A stretch of 64,000 nucleotides of DNA from Lama guanicoe (GCA_013239625.1 MU053881.1:1116001-1180000); one strand, 5' to 3'. Numbered from the stretch's first letter, positions 1 through 15,010 are shown. Notes: generated by a model from the sequence alone, not told the origin. Program-made: numbers and translations.

Positions 1-523
1 TCCTTCCTGACAGACCCCTGGACCCCTTGCAGAAACGTGGCTCAGAATCTCCTCAGCCAGAGTGTGGGGTTCCCTGGCTGAGGCTCCGACGGCCTCATCG
101 TCTGTGGCTGGTCAGTCCCCCAACCACTGGGCCAGTCCCCTCTGCACGACTCAGCAGGGCAGCGTGGCATGTCATCTGTCCTGGCCTGACGCTGCCCCTG
201 AGCAGCTCAGGGCCGCCCTCACTGCAGTCTTCTGTGTACTATGGAAATGGGGAGAAGCCACGGGGGAGCTGAGGAAGACCCCGAGGGAGTGGGCTCAGGG
301 TGCGCTGCCAGGCACGAGGGCCATGGAGCCTGCAGCGGAGGAGGCGGTGTGGAGACGGCGTGCTGCCCGGGGGCAGAAGGCCACTCGGCCAAGGTGGGGA
401 GGAACGTGGGCAGTGGCATGAAAGGGGACCAGCTGGCAGGAGGCTGCCTGCCGAGGCGCCAGAGAGTCCTAGGAGGTGAGATCTGGACTCGGAAAACTGA
501 CCCAGCTGCGGTGTGGACACTGA

Positions 524-805
<282 letters not shown>

Positions 806-1430
806 TAAGTGGCCTCGCCATCCTTGTGGTCTAAGGAAGATTCGGGCCTCAAGGGGCCCCACTTCTCCTCTATGCCCAGAGAGAGACAGGCCCCGTCGGA
901 AAAGCCTTTGGGCTGTGATGTCCTGAGCCAGCGCCGCCGCACAGGGCAGGCCCAAGGCCCATCCTGCTGAGGGCCAGGCAGGGCCTGGGGGCTTTCTACT
1001 CATTACACCATTCAAGTGCCTGGGCACAGGGGTCTTCTTAACCCGTTTTCCAAAGGAGCCTCACCCAGGAGCAGAGAGCTGGGGGTGGGGAAGCCATGAC
1101 CCTACCCGGTGAGCGTGCTCCAGGCACCACCTGGATCTTGCCTCGTGAGCCTTGATGGGGAACTTCGCGGGGCCGCCGGGTGTATGCGGAGAGGGCAGTG
1201 GATGCCTCCACCGCCAGTGCTTTCTCATGTAGCAGTGCTCCGCCTTGGGAACAGGGCACCTGAGGGGGCTGCTGCTGGATGCCGTCCCCCAGACTGCCCC
1301 TAGCTTTAAGAATCTAGTGGGTACAAAATGGGTACCACCCGGCTCAGGGCAGACCAGGCCAGCCCAGGGGAGTGGGGCGCCTGGGGGAGGTGCGGGGTGC
1401 CCTCCCGGCATCTCGGTGGGATGGAGCTGA

Positions 1431-1616
<186 letters not shown>

Positions 1617-1842
1617 TGAGTACCGCTCTGCGCCTCCCGAGGGCCACCCCAGAGCTCCAGGCTCGGCTCTCGGAGGGCACCTGGCCCCGTGTGCCCGAGC
1701 CCCCAGCCGGAGCCCTCGGACCTGGGTCCTCCAGCCTGCAGTGTGGGTGGTGGGGGGGCAGCTTTATGCCTAGGAAGAGATGTGGCAGGGAAATTGAGGC
1801 AGCACAGCATGGGGCTGGGGAAAGCAGGCAGGCCCCTGCTGA

Positions 1843-2193
<351 letters not shown>

Positions 2194-2504
2194 TGACAAG
2201 AGCTGTGAAGCGGGGACCAGTGGGGGATGTGGGGGCTTATGGTCTGCAGAGTTCAGAAGGGCTGTCTGGAGGAAGGGAGCTATAAAGGCTAAGTGGGAGG
2301 AGAGGGTGTTCCAGAAGGCAGGTACCACGTATGTCTAGAGTTGAGGGAGCGCAGCAAATAGAGGAGCAACAAGTTGTCCCCTAGGATCGAGCGCTGGGGC
2401 TGAGCCGTCAGCAGGAACCCCAGCCATCAGAACTGGGCGTGACTGCTGTTCGAGGCCACCCCATGCAAGACATCGCGGCGAGAGCTTTGGTGTCTGTTAA
2501 TGTT

Positions 2505-2670
2505 TGACTCAATGCTCATCTCAGCAGCATAAAGGAAGTAAGCAAAGCGTTACCATTTTACAGATGAGGAAACTGAGGCCCAGAGAGGTGGGGTAACCAG
2601 CCTAAGGCCACACAGCAAGCAAGTGGCAGGCTCGGGTACTGATGCAGGCAGTCTAGCCCCTTGCACAACT
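2505..2670 (+). mobile_element. MIR SINE fragment
   Basis: ccattttacagatgaggaaactgaggcccagagagg core. Confidence 0.75.
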
Positions 2671-3086
2671 GCCTAAGGAACGTAGTGGGCTTGATTCTCA
2701 TCTCAATGACTCACTGCAGTGGGAAGCTCTGGAAAGGTTTGCATAGGGAGTGGCATGGCCAGATCTGAGTTCCAGCCAAATGAAGTCCTGGAGGAAAGGC
2801 TATCGTGACAGGAAATATAAAGGCTAGGGAAAAAGTCCGGGGGACAGAGGCGAAGGCTGGGGTGAAGGTGGGGCTTACTGGAGCAGCGGGGAGGGCTTCA
2901 GGAGGGATTAGGTGAAGTGCTCAGCAGGGGAACAGCAGGTGCACGTGAGATCCTGCAGTGACAGCCCCTCCCAGGCACCAGCCACCCCTGCCTGGGCCAG
3001 AGGGGTGCCGCCTAGCCTTCATGCCGAGCACACTGGTGCCAGCGGTCTGTCCAGGCTCCATCAGAGGTGCAGCCACAAAGAGTTAG

Positions 3087-3524
<438 letters not shown>

Positions 3525-4277
3525 TGAGCCTCTGCCCCTTGAACTTCCCGTGCCTTCTCTTCTGAGCCTGGTGTCTCAGAGCTCCTCACTGTGCTTCAGG
3601 TCCCCCTCGGGAATCCCCTCCTCTGGGGATCCGTGTTGGGGCTCCAGCAGCCTCCTGTCGCCCCCTGCACACTGTGGGTGACTGGGTCACCTCACCTTGA
3701 GACCAACATTGGCCAACATTCTGGTGGCAGCTGGAGCCCCAGGCCCAGGGTCAGGCTTGGCCTCTCCGTGCCCAGCTCCTTCTTGTTTGCCCTCTGGTGG
3801 GCAGACTTGTCTCAGGAGGTAGCTGGATGGCCACCCACGGCATCTGCCGGCCACCCCAGGCCCACTTCTCACCTTCTGGCAAAGCAGCAGAAAGAACAAC
3901 TTCTTCCCAAACTTTCCAGCACAAGCTCTGGGCCTGATTCTCATTGGTTCAGATGAAATCACACTCCCACTCTTCAGCCAATCACTCACTAGAGGGGCTG
4001 GTTTATGCAGATGAGCCTAAGCCTGGGTCTCAGCCCAGGAGGGTTCAGCCCACCCATGTCAGGCACACCCAGCAGCACGGGGCGTGGCCCAGGAGAGGAC
4101 TCCAGCACGCTCCCCCCTGCATCAGGCCTAGAAAGGCACCCAGACCACCTGGGCCTGAGGTTCCTCCACCCCAGGTCTTAAATTCTGCCAAATTTTAGTC
4201 CCTGGTGGAGCTTCCTAAAGATACGGATTTCCAGGTCCACCCTGAAGATTTTGGTTTGGGATAAGGATGGAGAATTG

Positions 4278-4793
4278 TTTTGTTTGGGGTTTTTATTTGT
4301 CAAATTATGGTGAAATTCACATAACATAAAATTCCTCAGTTTAACCACTTTCAGTGGCTTTTAGTACATTCACAGTGTTGTGCAACCATCACCACTAATT
4401 TCCAGAACTTTCTTATCACCCCAAAAGGAGGCCTCATTAAGCAGTGACTCCTTAACTACCCTCCTCTCTCCAGCTCCTGGCAACCCCTAATCTGCTTTCT
4501 GTCTCTATTTGATTTGCCTATTCTGGAATTTCATGTAAGTGGAATGATATAATATGTACCTTTTATGTCTGGCTTCTTTCACTTAGTAGAATATCTTCAA
4601 AGTTTGTCTGTGTTGGAGCAGGTATCAGTGCTTCATTCCTCTTAATGGCCAAATAATATTCCACCGTATGGATGTACCACATTTGTTTATCCATTCATCA
4701 TTTGATAGACACTGTTTTTTTCCCCCCACCTTTTGGTATTTGTGAATAGTGCTGCTATGAACATTGCGTGTATGTTTTTATTTGAAGACCTGC
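4278..4793 (-). mobile_element. L1M 3'-end fragment inserted in a MER5A-like element (~4170-4840)
   Basis: Typical antisense L1 3' UTR (ttgtgcaaccatcacc, ctggcttctttcactt, gctgctatgaacatt); gaattg on both sides. Confidence 0.75.
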
Positions 4794-6595
4794 GAATTGG
4801 TATTTTTAAGAGGTGCCCCAAGTGATTTAGCTGTGCCCTGGACTTAATGAATTGTCATAAGTTGGAGATGAAATGTTGTCAGAGACCTAGTAATGCCAGG
4901 ACTGACCATGCAGCCCTCTTCCCACGGGAGCTCGATGGAGGGAATAGGGGCCCCCAAACATTTGCCATAACCCCAGAGGGGAGCTCAGCAAACACTGAGC
5001 TGGGGAATGAGACTAGCTCAGTACGGCTTCCTACCTTAGTCCGTTCCCCTCCGCACAGTCCAGGCCTGGGTGGAGAGAGGGTGCGTGGAGTGGGAGCAGG
5101 CCCTGCACAGGTGTGCTCACCCCGGGGTGTGTGGCTGGTTTTCACCCACAGGAATCCTGGCCACTGGGAAAACATGGGCCAAAGAGTGCCTGATCCCCAG
5201 CTGATTGTCCGCCTTCTCCTGGGGGCGGGGGTGGGGGGCTCTGGTAAGAATGGTGGGCAGATGTGGCCAAAGTGCCCCCTCCTCAAAGAAACCACTGACC
5301 CAGCCATGACCCTTCACTCTTTTTGATGGTAGGAACCTCTGTTCATTTAGCCCAGTAAAAAAAAGCATCCTTTTATATATTTAAAAAAACCAGCATTGTG
5401 ATGATTGTGTGGGTGGCGTTAGTGCTAAACTCTACCTGCCCTGGTTCTCAAGGAGCACAGATAAAAAAAAACTGGCCTAGATCGGGGATTCCAGGTATGT
5501 GGGGGTCGGGGGTGGAGGGGCAAAGGGAGAGAGGAGGGAGGGCACCCCCCGGGGGCCTGTGAGAGTCCTCTGCCTGTGTGCAGCTGTATGTTTCAGTGTC
5601 TTATCATAATGTAATTTTCTATTTGGAAAGCAACCATCCATTCCTCTCCCTTTCCTGCAGGAACAGGGGCTGAGAGAGAGGGGAGTGAGGAGGGAGCAGG
5701 GTTGGAGGAGTAACGTGTCATCTCAGGGATCTGGGCTGTGCCAAGCTCAGCTGTCCCTCTCCATCCCTCTCTGTCCCCACCCCAGTCCCCAGGCAGGGGG
5801 TCACACAGCTCTCAGACCCTGCCTCGGATCCTCATGGTCCACAGGTTCCTGTGGGTCGTCCCCAGCACGTTCTCCCCTCTTGGCTCCGTTACTGGATTAT
5901 AACCCTGGGTACTCAGTTTTCTGTCCCCACCATTTCCCAGAGATGGAACAAGGTATCTGTGTTCCATGTGCTGAGATGACCTAGAGGAAAAACAGAACTA
6001 CAGATGGGCCACCTCCACCCTCTGCCCCTTCAGTTTCATGGCTGGTTCACCGTCTGCCTGGGTTGCACACTGTGGTGTGGGGCGGGCAGGTGCACAGCCT
6101 TGTGCCTCGGAGAGATAAACTGGTGAGGACTGGGCAATGAGCGCTGAGGGCCAGTGGTGCACAGCTTTCTGTGGAATCCAGAGTTTGGGGCGGACATGTT
6201 TGGCAGAGAGGGAGAGGTGAGCTTGTTGCTCTTGGACAAAGAAGTGGGTGCTAGACCTGAGGGTTAGGCAGATTAGCCATCTCAGCTCCATAGTCATTCA
6301 TTCATCCACCCCTTCATTCGTCCATCTGTCCATGTGTCAGACCCACCCCACCTCTGTCAGAACTCGCCATCTGTGGATGTCGGCCGTGAATGAGAAGAGG
6401 CGGCTGTGACATGGTGGTTACGAGGGGGATGTGGAGGGGCCTGTCGGGAGCTCAGAGAGGCTTCCTGGTCAGTGACCTTAGCCAAAGCCCAAAGGATGGA
6501 GAGAATTGGGACCAGCACTCCAGCCAGGGGGGACCTCGTTGGGTGGAGGCCTGGTAAGGATGGCCGGGGAGGGTGGATGAGAGGCACATGGTGTT

Positions 6596-7218
6596 TTACA
6601 ATATAGTGTATTAATAGAAATTTTGAGGTGTAGTAAAGCCAACAGATCAAAAGATAGTTTGTTTCTCACAAATCCCAAAAGTGAGGGGTCACTCAGCACC
6701 AGGATCACACGGAGAGCAGAGGGGAGTGGGGACTGCGGTCTCCGCAGAAAGGAACAGGCGAGGTAAGCAGGCTTCGGGCCGGCCGGTGTGAACAGTGCCG
6801 GTGAGCTCTGGGGCGTGGGGCTGCCCCTAATTGTCTGGTACCTGGCTGGCCCCGGGATGGTTAGGATGGGGGGTCGCCAGGAATTTAAGGGCCCCGATGG
6901 AGGAGGTGGCTGGGGGTGTGGGCTCTGGATTGGTTGGTTTGCACTTGAAAATCGTGGGTGACTCATTTACTGTCTCGAGGAACTGGCTAAGCCTGGGAGG
7001 GACCGTCCCTCCAGGGTCAGTAAGACCCTAGACATCACAGTATCAGAATCCAGAAAGCAAAACAAAATGGGGGGGAGTATAGCTCAGTGGTAGAGCCTGT
7101 GCTTAGCTTGCTCAAGGTCCTGGGTTCAATTCAGCACCTCCGTTAAAAAGAAGTAAATAAATAAATAAACCTAATTACCTCCCCAACAAAAAATCAGAAA
7201 ACAGAAGAGATGGTTAAC
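6596..7218 (-). mobile_element. ERVL-type solo LTR (MER77/MER68-like, family tentative)
   Basis: Shares motifs with 19470-20215 (gtaagcaggctt, ttgtctggtacctg, gaactggct...cctgggaggg). Confidence 0.6.
7069..7193 (+). mobile_element. tRNA-derived camelid-type SINE (Vic-1-like)
   Basis: ggggagtatagctcagtggtagag...gggttcaat A/B boxes, (TAAA)n tail, cctaattacctcccc. Confidence 0.85.
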
Positions 7219-8362
7219 ACCGCATGGCTCTCCAGTAGTCTGGTGGGGCAGAGGGAAGGGCTGATTGAATTAATGAGGCCTCTTCCTGCTCCTGCTACTT
7301 GTCCTGCCTGCCCAGGGTGCTGGGGGCGTGGCTCAGATCTGCTCTCAGAGGCCTCATTAATTCTGCCCTATAACCACACAGCGTATGCCCTGGATACCCT
7401 GGAGGCAGGGTCAGGCCAAGCACAGAGGATCCCTGCAGGTGTCTCTGCCCCCCAAGCTGGGCTGGCAGGCTCCCCTTGCCCTCCTCACCTGAGCCAGGGG
7501 CAGGGCGGTGGGCGGGGTGCGGGCCATCCGGGTCAAGATGGCTCCAGCCTCAGTGTGTCTTGGCAGGAGAGAACCCCCCACACTCATGTGCAGTATCTCG
7601 GGGAAGCAACGCCCACCCCAAGTATTCACGAGCTCGGACTGTGCCAGAGACGCATGCCGCGATGCTTACCCAGCATGCAGAGGCCCCGTGCTGTGGCTCA
7701 CGTTTCCCTGCACAGCTGAGAACTGGCAGGCGGGCACAGAGACAGGGACAGCCCAGGGTCTGGGCATGGGAGTTCAAGCCCTGGTCCCTCCCTCCTCATC
7801 GTGTGCCTTTGGGCCATCCTTTCCCCCTCGGCAAGTCACCTTAGTGTCCAGCACGCTTATCCTCACATCCCAGGCTCAGGGCATGTGGTACCAGCTGGTG
7901 GGTGGAGGCTGGAAACCCAGGACCACGGTGGTTCAGAAATGCTAAACGTACACTTCCTGAGAAGAACAGCCGGCCTCTCAGGCTTTCAGACCAACCTGGC
8001 GGTGTCCGCAGCCCTGCTTAGGGGCACCGGCGCTCTCCAAGGTACTTACCCGGAGAGGCAGCCCTGGGCAGGTTTGCTCATGGATATGCGAGGGCTCTGA
8101 ACTCGCTCAGACGTGTAACTTCGTGCTTTTAAATGTTTAAGCTTCTCTATTGGATGAAGTACTTGTTGGCATTTAAACAAATGTTTATAGAACATTTTAA
8201 GAATATTAAACCTGTTTCTTTTATAGTAACACTGAGGTGTCAGAGCATGAAGCTGTTCTTTTGGGATGCTTACAGTCATCTAGGAAGAAATAAACCAAAA
8301 TACTAAAGGGACAGCTTCTTAGTGGTGAAATTCTGGGTGATTATCCTGTCTTTCTGCTTTGC

Positions 8363-8477
8363 TTTTCTTTTTTTTCTTTTTTCTTGACTTTTTTTTTTTA
8401 GGGGAGTTACTGGGGATTGAACCCAGGACCTTGTGCATGCTAAGTATGTACTCTACCACTGAGATACACCCACTCCC
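8363..8477 (-). mobile_element. tRNA-derived camelid-type SINE
   Basis: Reverse complement of the same SINE head with poly(T) tail. Confidence 0.85.
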
Positions 8478-8750
8478 TCCTTGCTTTCATATTTTCCACA
8501 ATGTGTATTACCTCTGTGCACTTGGACCTGAGTCTGTGGAGGAGGTGGGGTGTGAGCCTGTGGGGTGTCCTGAGCTCTCCCGTGCCCAGCTTCCCATTTC
8601 TAGACTGGGGACCAGTTTGTCCAGTGGGGACAGGAGGACCACTGTGTGGCTTCCTCCACGCCCCCGGCCCTTGGTCTCCATGGCCACCAGTGACTTAGAA
8701 GCTGGGCCCTGTCACAGCCTTCAGGGGTGCCAGGACCTTCCCTCACTCCC

Positions 8751-9085
8751 TGCCTTAGTCAGCTGGGGCTGCTGAAACAAAAATGCCAGAGACCAGGGTG
8801 GCTTAAACTACAGGTATCTGTTCCCTAGAATTCTGGAGGCTGGCAGCCAAGGTCGGGGTGTCGGCATGGTTGGATTCTGGACGGTTGCAGACTGCCGTCT
8901 GCTCTCTGTGTCCTCACATTTTGAAAAGAGGAATCATCTCTCCCATGTCCCCTTACAAAGGCACTCGTCCCACTCACGAGGGCTCCACCCTGCGTACCTC
9001 CCAAAGGTGCCACATTCTACTGCCGTCACATTGGGTTAGGCTTCCGCGTATGAATTTGGGGCACACAAGCGTTCAGTCGCCAGCC
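8751..9085. mobile_element. MLT1 (ERVL-MaLR) LTR
   Basis: gggtggcttaaac...ttctggaggctgg...tgaatttggggcacac...ttcagtc pattern. Confidence 0.75.
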
Positions 9086-10187
9086 TTTCCTTGCCTGGGC
9101 CCCCCTCCTTGCCTGCCCGCCCCACCCAGTACCACCAGCTGAGGCGGACACCAGCTAGCGTTCCTGCGGGCTCTCCGCTTCCCTTCCCAGGTTGAGTGAG
9201 GGGAGCTCTGAGGTGAAAGACTAGGTAACTGTGGCCCGGGAAGGATGTGACCAGCACCCCTGGTGACCTGGAGCCAGGCCTGCTGGACCCCAGGTGGCTC
9301 GTGACCGTGAGTGTCGGCCACGTGTCCGGATGCCCAGCCGGCGGTGGTGCAGCCCCTGACCACTCGCCCAGAGCCCAGGGACAATCCAGAGACTGCAGCG
9401 TCTCCCATGCGCTCAGGCTGGGGCAGAGGCAGTGCTGGGGACGCGCCAGCAGGTCGGGAGGAGTGAGTGGCCCGTGTGAGGAGGGAGAGGCCAAGTGGGT
9501 TCCCAGGTCACTGAGACATGCACGAGGGCAGGGAGACAGGTGACGAGAACCAGGAGGCCTACGTAGGAGCAGCAGGGGTGTGGAGGTGGGAACGTGGCTG
9601 TGCTGGAGGCGGGCTCAGAGCCAGCGCTCCGACGGCAGGCGCTTCTCGGGGAGCACTCTGAGAATCAGCACCTGCACAGACAGTGAGGCTCTGAACACGG
9701 ATGTGGTCACAGCGCGGGGCCCAGTCTGCCCCACCTGGAGCCCCAGGCTGGCCTTTCAGAGCTGTCCCCAACCTTGACCCCTGGCCATGGCTGTCTGCAG
9801 GAAAGGGGCATGACTCTGGGCTGGGCAGCCTTCTCTGGCGGAGGGCATTTCCTGGAGAGGGACTCAGCTGCCAGCCAAGAGCAACCAGTACCCTTCGCAG
9901 CTGGGGGAGTGAGCAGCTCTGTCCTGAAAGAGGAATCACCCCACCTTACCCCGGGGCGAGGGCGGGGAGGGCAGGGGAGCCACGGGCTTTCTGAGCAGAG
10001 GCGCTCACAAAGTTAGTGAGCAAAGTGGGTTTGGCCTGTTCAGAGAGCAGTCAGTCTGTGCTCCAGTGCCTGGCATGGTGGGGGGAGGTGGAGCGGGGGC
10101 GGGGGAGCGTGGGTAGGAGCCAGGCCACGGGGCTGGTCTGAATCCTTAGGTAGTGGGGAGCTCACAGAAGGTTTTGAGAGGGGAACA

Positions 10188-10290
10188 GAGATGGGTTTAC
10201 CGTGAAGCTTATGATGTGTGAGCTTTGGGGCCCCCTACATGCGTGTGTTTTCATAAATTTTGGAAAGGAATGTGAAAAGGAATATAGGTG

Positions 10291-10329
<39 letters not shown>

Positions 10330-10640
10330 AAGTATAGCTGAAAGCACCATGCTGTACACCAGAGACTAACACAACATTGTAAATCGACTGTGCATCAGTA
10401 AAAAATAAATTGTGAAAAAGTCAGATGTTTTGACCATAATCAAAGAGGATCTCTTCTCTTTCCAGTCCTTCCCTCCTGATACATTCCTCCTCCTGTCGGC
10501 TGACATTGGGGTGGCCGTGGGTGCTCTGTGGCTTTGGCTTAGGAGAAATTGGATTTGGGGTATATTTATTGGCTTATTTACATGGTTTTCAACACCTTCA
10601 ATAGTGTTGGGTTGTTGTATCTGTCCAGGTGTAAGAATAA
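10188..10640 (+). mobile_element. Zaphod/MER115-like hAT transposon, left part, interrupted by an L1 3' end (10260-10410)
   Basis: tttaccgtgaagcttatga...gggcccc terminus; L1 tail gctgtacaccagagactaacacaacattgtaaatc. Confidence 0.6.
10291..10329. repeat. (TA)n(TG)n microsatellite
   Basis: Direct reading. Confidence 0.95.
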
Positions 10641-10759
10641 CTGTTTTCCACAGTGGCTGCACCAAATTACATTCCCACCAGCAATGTAGGAGGGTTCCCT
10701 TTTTTCCACATCCTCTCTAGCATTTATTGCTTGTGAACTTTTAAGTGATAAAATATTCT

Positions 10760-10940
10760 TAAGATACGTTTGTTGTTTTTTTAGACATAATGCTACTTCA
10801 CACTTAATAGGCTTTAGTATAGTGTAAACATAACTTTATATGCCCTGGGAAACCAAAAAATTCATGTGACTCACCTTATTTGATACTTGCTTTATTTTGG
10901 TGGTCTGGAACTGAACCAACAATATCTCCAAGGTATGACT
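10760..10940. mobile_element. Tigger1 terminal fragment
   Basis: gtggtctggaactgaacc...atatctccaaggtatg terminal sequence. Confidence 0.75.
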
Positions 10941-10944
10941 ATAT

Positions 10945-13900
10945 TGCCATATCCATGAACATGGGATGTCTTTCCATTTACTTAGATCTTTGGTTTCTTT
11001 CAACAATGTTTTGTAGTTTTCAGTGTACTAGTCTTGCATTTCTTTCATTCTATTTATTCCTAAGATTTTTTCTTTTTTGATGCCATTGTAAACAGAATTG
11101 TTGTCTTAATTTCATTTTCAGTTCATTCATTGCTAGTTTATGGAAGTACAATAGATTTTTGTATGTTGATATTGCATACTGCAATCTCACTGAAATTTTT
11201 TATTAGCTTTAATAATTTTTCAGTAGCTTCCTTAGGATTTTCTATACGGAGTATCATTTCATCTGCAAATAAAATTTTACTTCTTCTTTTCCAATCTGGA
11301 TACTCTTTATTTCTTTTTTTGCCTAATTGTCCTGGCTAGAACTTTCAGTACAATATTGACTAGAAGTAGTGTGAGTAGACACCCTTGTCTTGTTTGATCG
11401 TAAGGGAAAACATTCATTATTTCAGTATTAAGATGATGTTAGCTGGGGTACTTCACTGATGTCCTTTATCAGGTTGAGGAACTCATCTTCTAGTCCTAGT
11501 CTCTTGAGTGTTTTTTTCAAGAAAGGGTGTTGGATTTTGCCGGTTTTATTTTTTGAGTCTTGAGGTGATCACATAGTTTTTCCTTTGTTCTAGTAACATA
11601 GTTTATTACATTGATTGATTTTCAGATGTTAAGCCCTGTACTCCCATAATAAATTTCACTTGGTCATGGTGTATAATCTTTTACTATGCTGTTGGCTTTG
11701 GTTTGATAGAATTTTGTTGAGGATTTTTAAGTATTTTCATAAGAGATATTGGTCTGTGGTTTTTATCTTGTGATACCTCTGTCTGATTTTAGTATTAGGG
11801 CACTATTAGCCTCACAGAATGAATAGAGAAAATCTTCTCTTTCATTTTTTGGAAGAGTTTGCAAAGGATTAGTATTAATTTTTCTTTAAATGTTTGGTAG
11901 AATTTAATCAGTGAAGCCCCCCAGGCTTGGGCTGTTACTTGTGAGAAGTTTTAAATCACTGATTCAATCTCTGTACTTGTTATAGATCTATTCAGATTTT
12001 CTAGATCTCATTAAATCAGTTTTGATAGTCTGTATCTTTCTAGAAATTAGTCCATTTCCAGTACTCTCTTTTTTCATGTGGATTTGAATTATTCTCCAGT
12101 ATCATTTGCTTTCAGCCTAAATAACTTCCTTTAGTGTTTCTTATACAGCAGGTCTGCTAGCAATGAATTCTCCCATTTTTTGTTCACCTGGGAATATTTT
12201 TATTTCACCTTCATTGTTGAGAGATGGTTTCATTGGATATGATTCTTTGTTGACAGCCTTGTCTCTGGTCTCCACTATTTCTGATGAAAAGTCAGCTGTT
12301 AATCTTATTGGGTGCTCAATGAGTCATTTTTCTTTTGCTGCTTTTGACATTTTAGCTTTCTCCTTCAATGTTTTGACTATAATGTGTCTGGATGTGGATC
12401 CCTTTGCATTTATCATACTTGGTTAAATTTCTTGGATGCGTAGGTTAATGTCTTTAATCAAATTTTGGAAGTTTTCAACCACTATTCCTTTGAATAGTTT
12501 CTACTCTTTTCTCTGTGTCCTCTCTTTCTGGCACTTTTACTGTGCACATTTCATTGGACTTATGGTCTTCCATGTTTCTCAGAGGTTCTGTTCATGTTTC
12601 TTTATTTTTTTTCCCCTCTGTTCTTCAGATTGCATAATTTCTATTAATCTATATTTAAATTCATGGTGTCTGTCTTTGGCCAGCTTAAATCTACTACTGA
12701 GTCTGCTAGTAAATTTTTCATTTCAGTTTTTGTACTTTTAAACTACAGTTTTTTGGTTTTTGGTTTTCTGTTTGTTTGTTTGTTTTTCAGTTTCTATCTC
12801 TTTCCCGATGCTCTCTATTTGGTAAGGCATTATTCTTATACTTCTCTTTAGTTCTTTAGACATGGTTTTCTTTTGTTCTTTGAACATATGTGTAATAGCT
12901 GTTCTGAAATTTTGTCTGCTAAGTCTAACATCTGGGCCTCCTCAAAGGTCATTTCTGTTGCCTGCTTTACTTTCCTATGTACAGATCACACTTTCCTGTT
13001 TCTTTTCATGTCTCACATTTTTGTTGAAACTGGTCATTGAAGAAACATTAGCTATTGATTCCCTTGGACCTTGTTGTACTCTTGCTTGCTCATTTATCTG
13101 TTTACTTGTTCAGTGACTTGGCTGCACTGTTTCAGTAAGTTGCATTTGCCCTGCAGTGTGCAGCTGGTGATACTGCCCCCCAGAGATCACAACCTTGGGC
13201 GTGGGCATGGTCACTCTGGCCCACACAGCTCCACACCCCCACCCCCAAACTCTCAGATCAGTTGGGTTCTCTTTGCCTCTTTCTCCGATCTTCCCATCAA
13301 GCTCCCCGCTGTTCTGCCTCTGTTGGTATCACATCCAGTGAGCTTTCACGAGCTGCTAGCTGACGGCTGCATTGTTTTTGATAATGCCTGGGGTACAATT
13401 TGTCTACAGCCTGACCCAGTCAAACTCTGGACCCCTCACAGGGGCAGGGTGTTGCCAGTATTTGAGGCTTGCTCAGACCGCAGGAGGGCGCTTAGCTGTC
13501 ATTTCACTGGTTCTGTCTGTTACACTTCTACTTGATTTAACATTTTACTTGTCCCTGGTATCGTGGAGGTACTGGTCTCCTCTTAATTGGTCACTACCAA
13601 GATTTCTATTGTTTTTGACAATGCCCTTAGGCATGAACTCCCTAAGCTCTGTTCCAAATAAAGTTAGTCCCCGTAGGGTGAGTTATGAGCTCTCTGTTCT
13701 GCCTCTTCCTCTGGGAAGATCACTGCATCACTGCATTTGAGCTAAGAGCAGGTTGGTCCACTTCCAGAGCGACATTCCTGGTCTACAAATAGGTCACTGG
13801 ATAGGGAAAGTAGCCCCTGGTCTTCTTGGCTTTTCCCCTTCAGCATGGACCCTCTGCCCTACAAGCAAGCCAGAGAAGGGGCTATCGGGGTGCAGTATTC

Positions 13901-14520
13901 CTGGCTTGCTGTGGGTGAAGACGGGGTGGGCAAAGGAGCTCCAATCCTCTTGGCTACCTCTGCCTGGAACAGATTGTCTGCAACACAGAGTTGGGAGACA
14001 TGGGAGAAGCCAGGGGCTTGCCTTTCCCAGGGTGAAACTATAGCCCTAGACTGCGAGCTGAGGGGACAGGACCTCTGTCTTTTAGGCAGTAAAGCTTCCA
14101 TCACACTGATCTGGGAAAGGAATGGGAGAGGGCTGTGGCTCAAATGCCATAGACTTTCAATATTCTTACCAAGATTTAGTAGATTTCCTTGAATAAATGT
14201 TTCACCAGTAGTTTTACTGACTTTAGGACAACTTCCAGATACTTTTTTTTTTTTTACTGAATAGTTGATTTACAATAATGTGTTAGTTTCAGGTATACAG
14301 CGACGTGATTCATATATAGGTAGACAGATTCTTTTTCAGGTTCTTTTTCTGCTATAGGTTATTACAAGATATTAAGTATAGTTCCCTGTGCTGTACAGTA
14401 GGTCTTTGTTGTTTCAGATAATTTAAATGGTTGTTTCTAGAAAGTAATTTTCACTAGTTAAATGATTGTTTTACTGAGAAAAGAGTTCACCAAACGTCTC
14501 ACAGCTCCATTCTAGAAGTT
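10945..14520 (-). mobile_element. Degraded antisense L1M segments (ORF2 remnant and 5' region) plus a younger L1 3' end at 14243-14414
   Basis: T-rich L1 ORF2 antisense motifs (tgtatgttgat, tcttgtttgat, tcacttggtcatgg); cagata duplicated around 14243-14414. Confidence 0.8.
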
Positions 14521-14535
14521 TCCATTTGCTGCCTG

Positions 14536-14710
14536 CCTTTGTCAACAAAGTTTTATTGGCACACAGCTGTATCCATTCATTTGTATGTCCTCTGTAGCCA
14601 CCTGCATGCTCCAGTGGCAGAGTTGAGTAATTGCAATAGAAATCACGTCGCCTGCAAAGTCTAAAACAGTTACATCTGGCCCTTACCGAAAGCGCGTGCT
14701 GAGGACGGAC
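14536..14710. mobile_element. MER58-like hAT-Charlie fragment
   Basis: aaagttttattggcacacagc...gcagagttgagtaattgc...atctggccct. Confidence 0.7.
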
Positions 14711-14719
14711 TGCAGAATC

Positions 14720-15010
14720 TTTCTGTTCTCCCTGTGGAAATCAGTCCCTCAAAACTGTCGTCGTATGAAGAGGCGATGAAAGAGCACATAGTTAAAATGG
14801 CAGGAAGGTTGTGTCTGTCAATCTACTTGGAAAAAAATCATCGTTCTCTGTTCTGGGTTGTTTGTGGTATTTGTCAGTTTTTAAATGTTTAATTTTTCGT
14901 GATATATTTTCTTATTCTAAATCAAGATTCCATTCTATACCTAATTTAGTAGTTTTAATTTTGCAGTCTTCTTCAAGTGGACCCTAGATCGTGTGAGCTT
15001 CCTCCCCGGG
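14720..15010 (+). mobile_element. Zaphod/MER115-like element, right part
   Basis: tatgaagaggcgatgaaagag...ttcttattctaaat...tacctaattt. Confidence 0.55.

Noticed and set aside
10366..10720. ORFs of ~100 aa on both strands suggesting a retrogene
   Set aside because: Explained by a Zaphod/MER115-like fragment joined to L1 pieces (MVQPLWKTV is L1 ORF2-derived)
10945..14200. Hydrophobic F/L/S-rich ORFs resembling membrane proteins
   Set aside because: T-rich antisense strand of decayed L1
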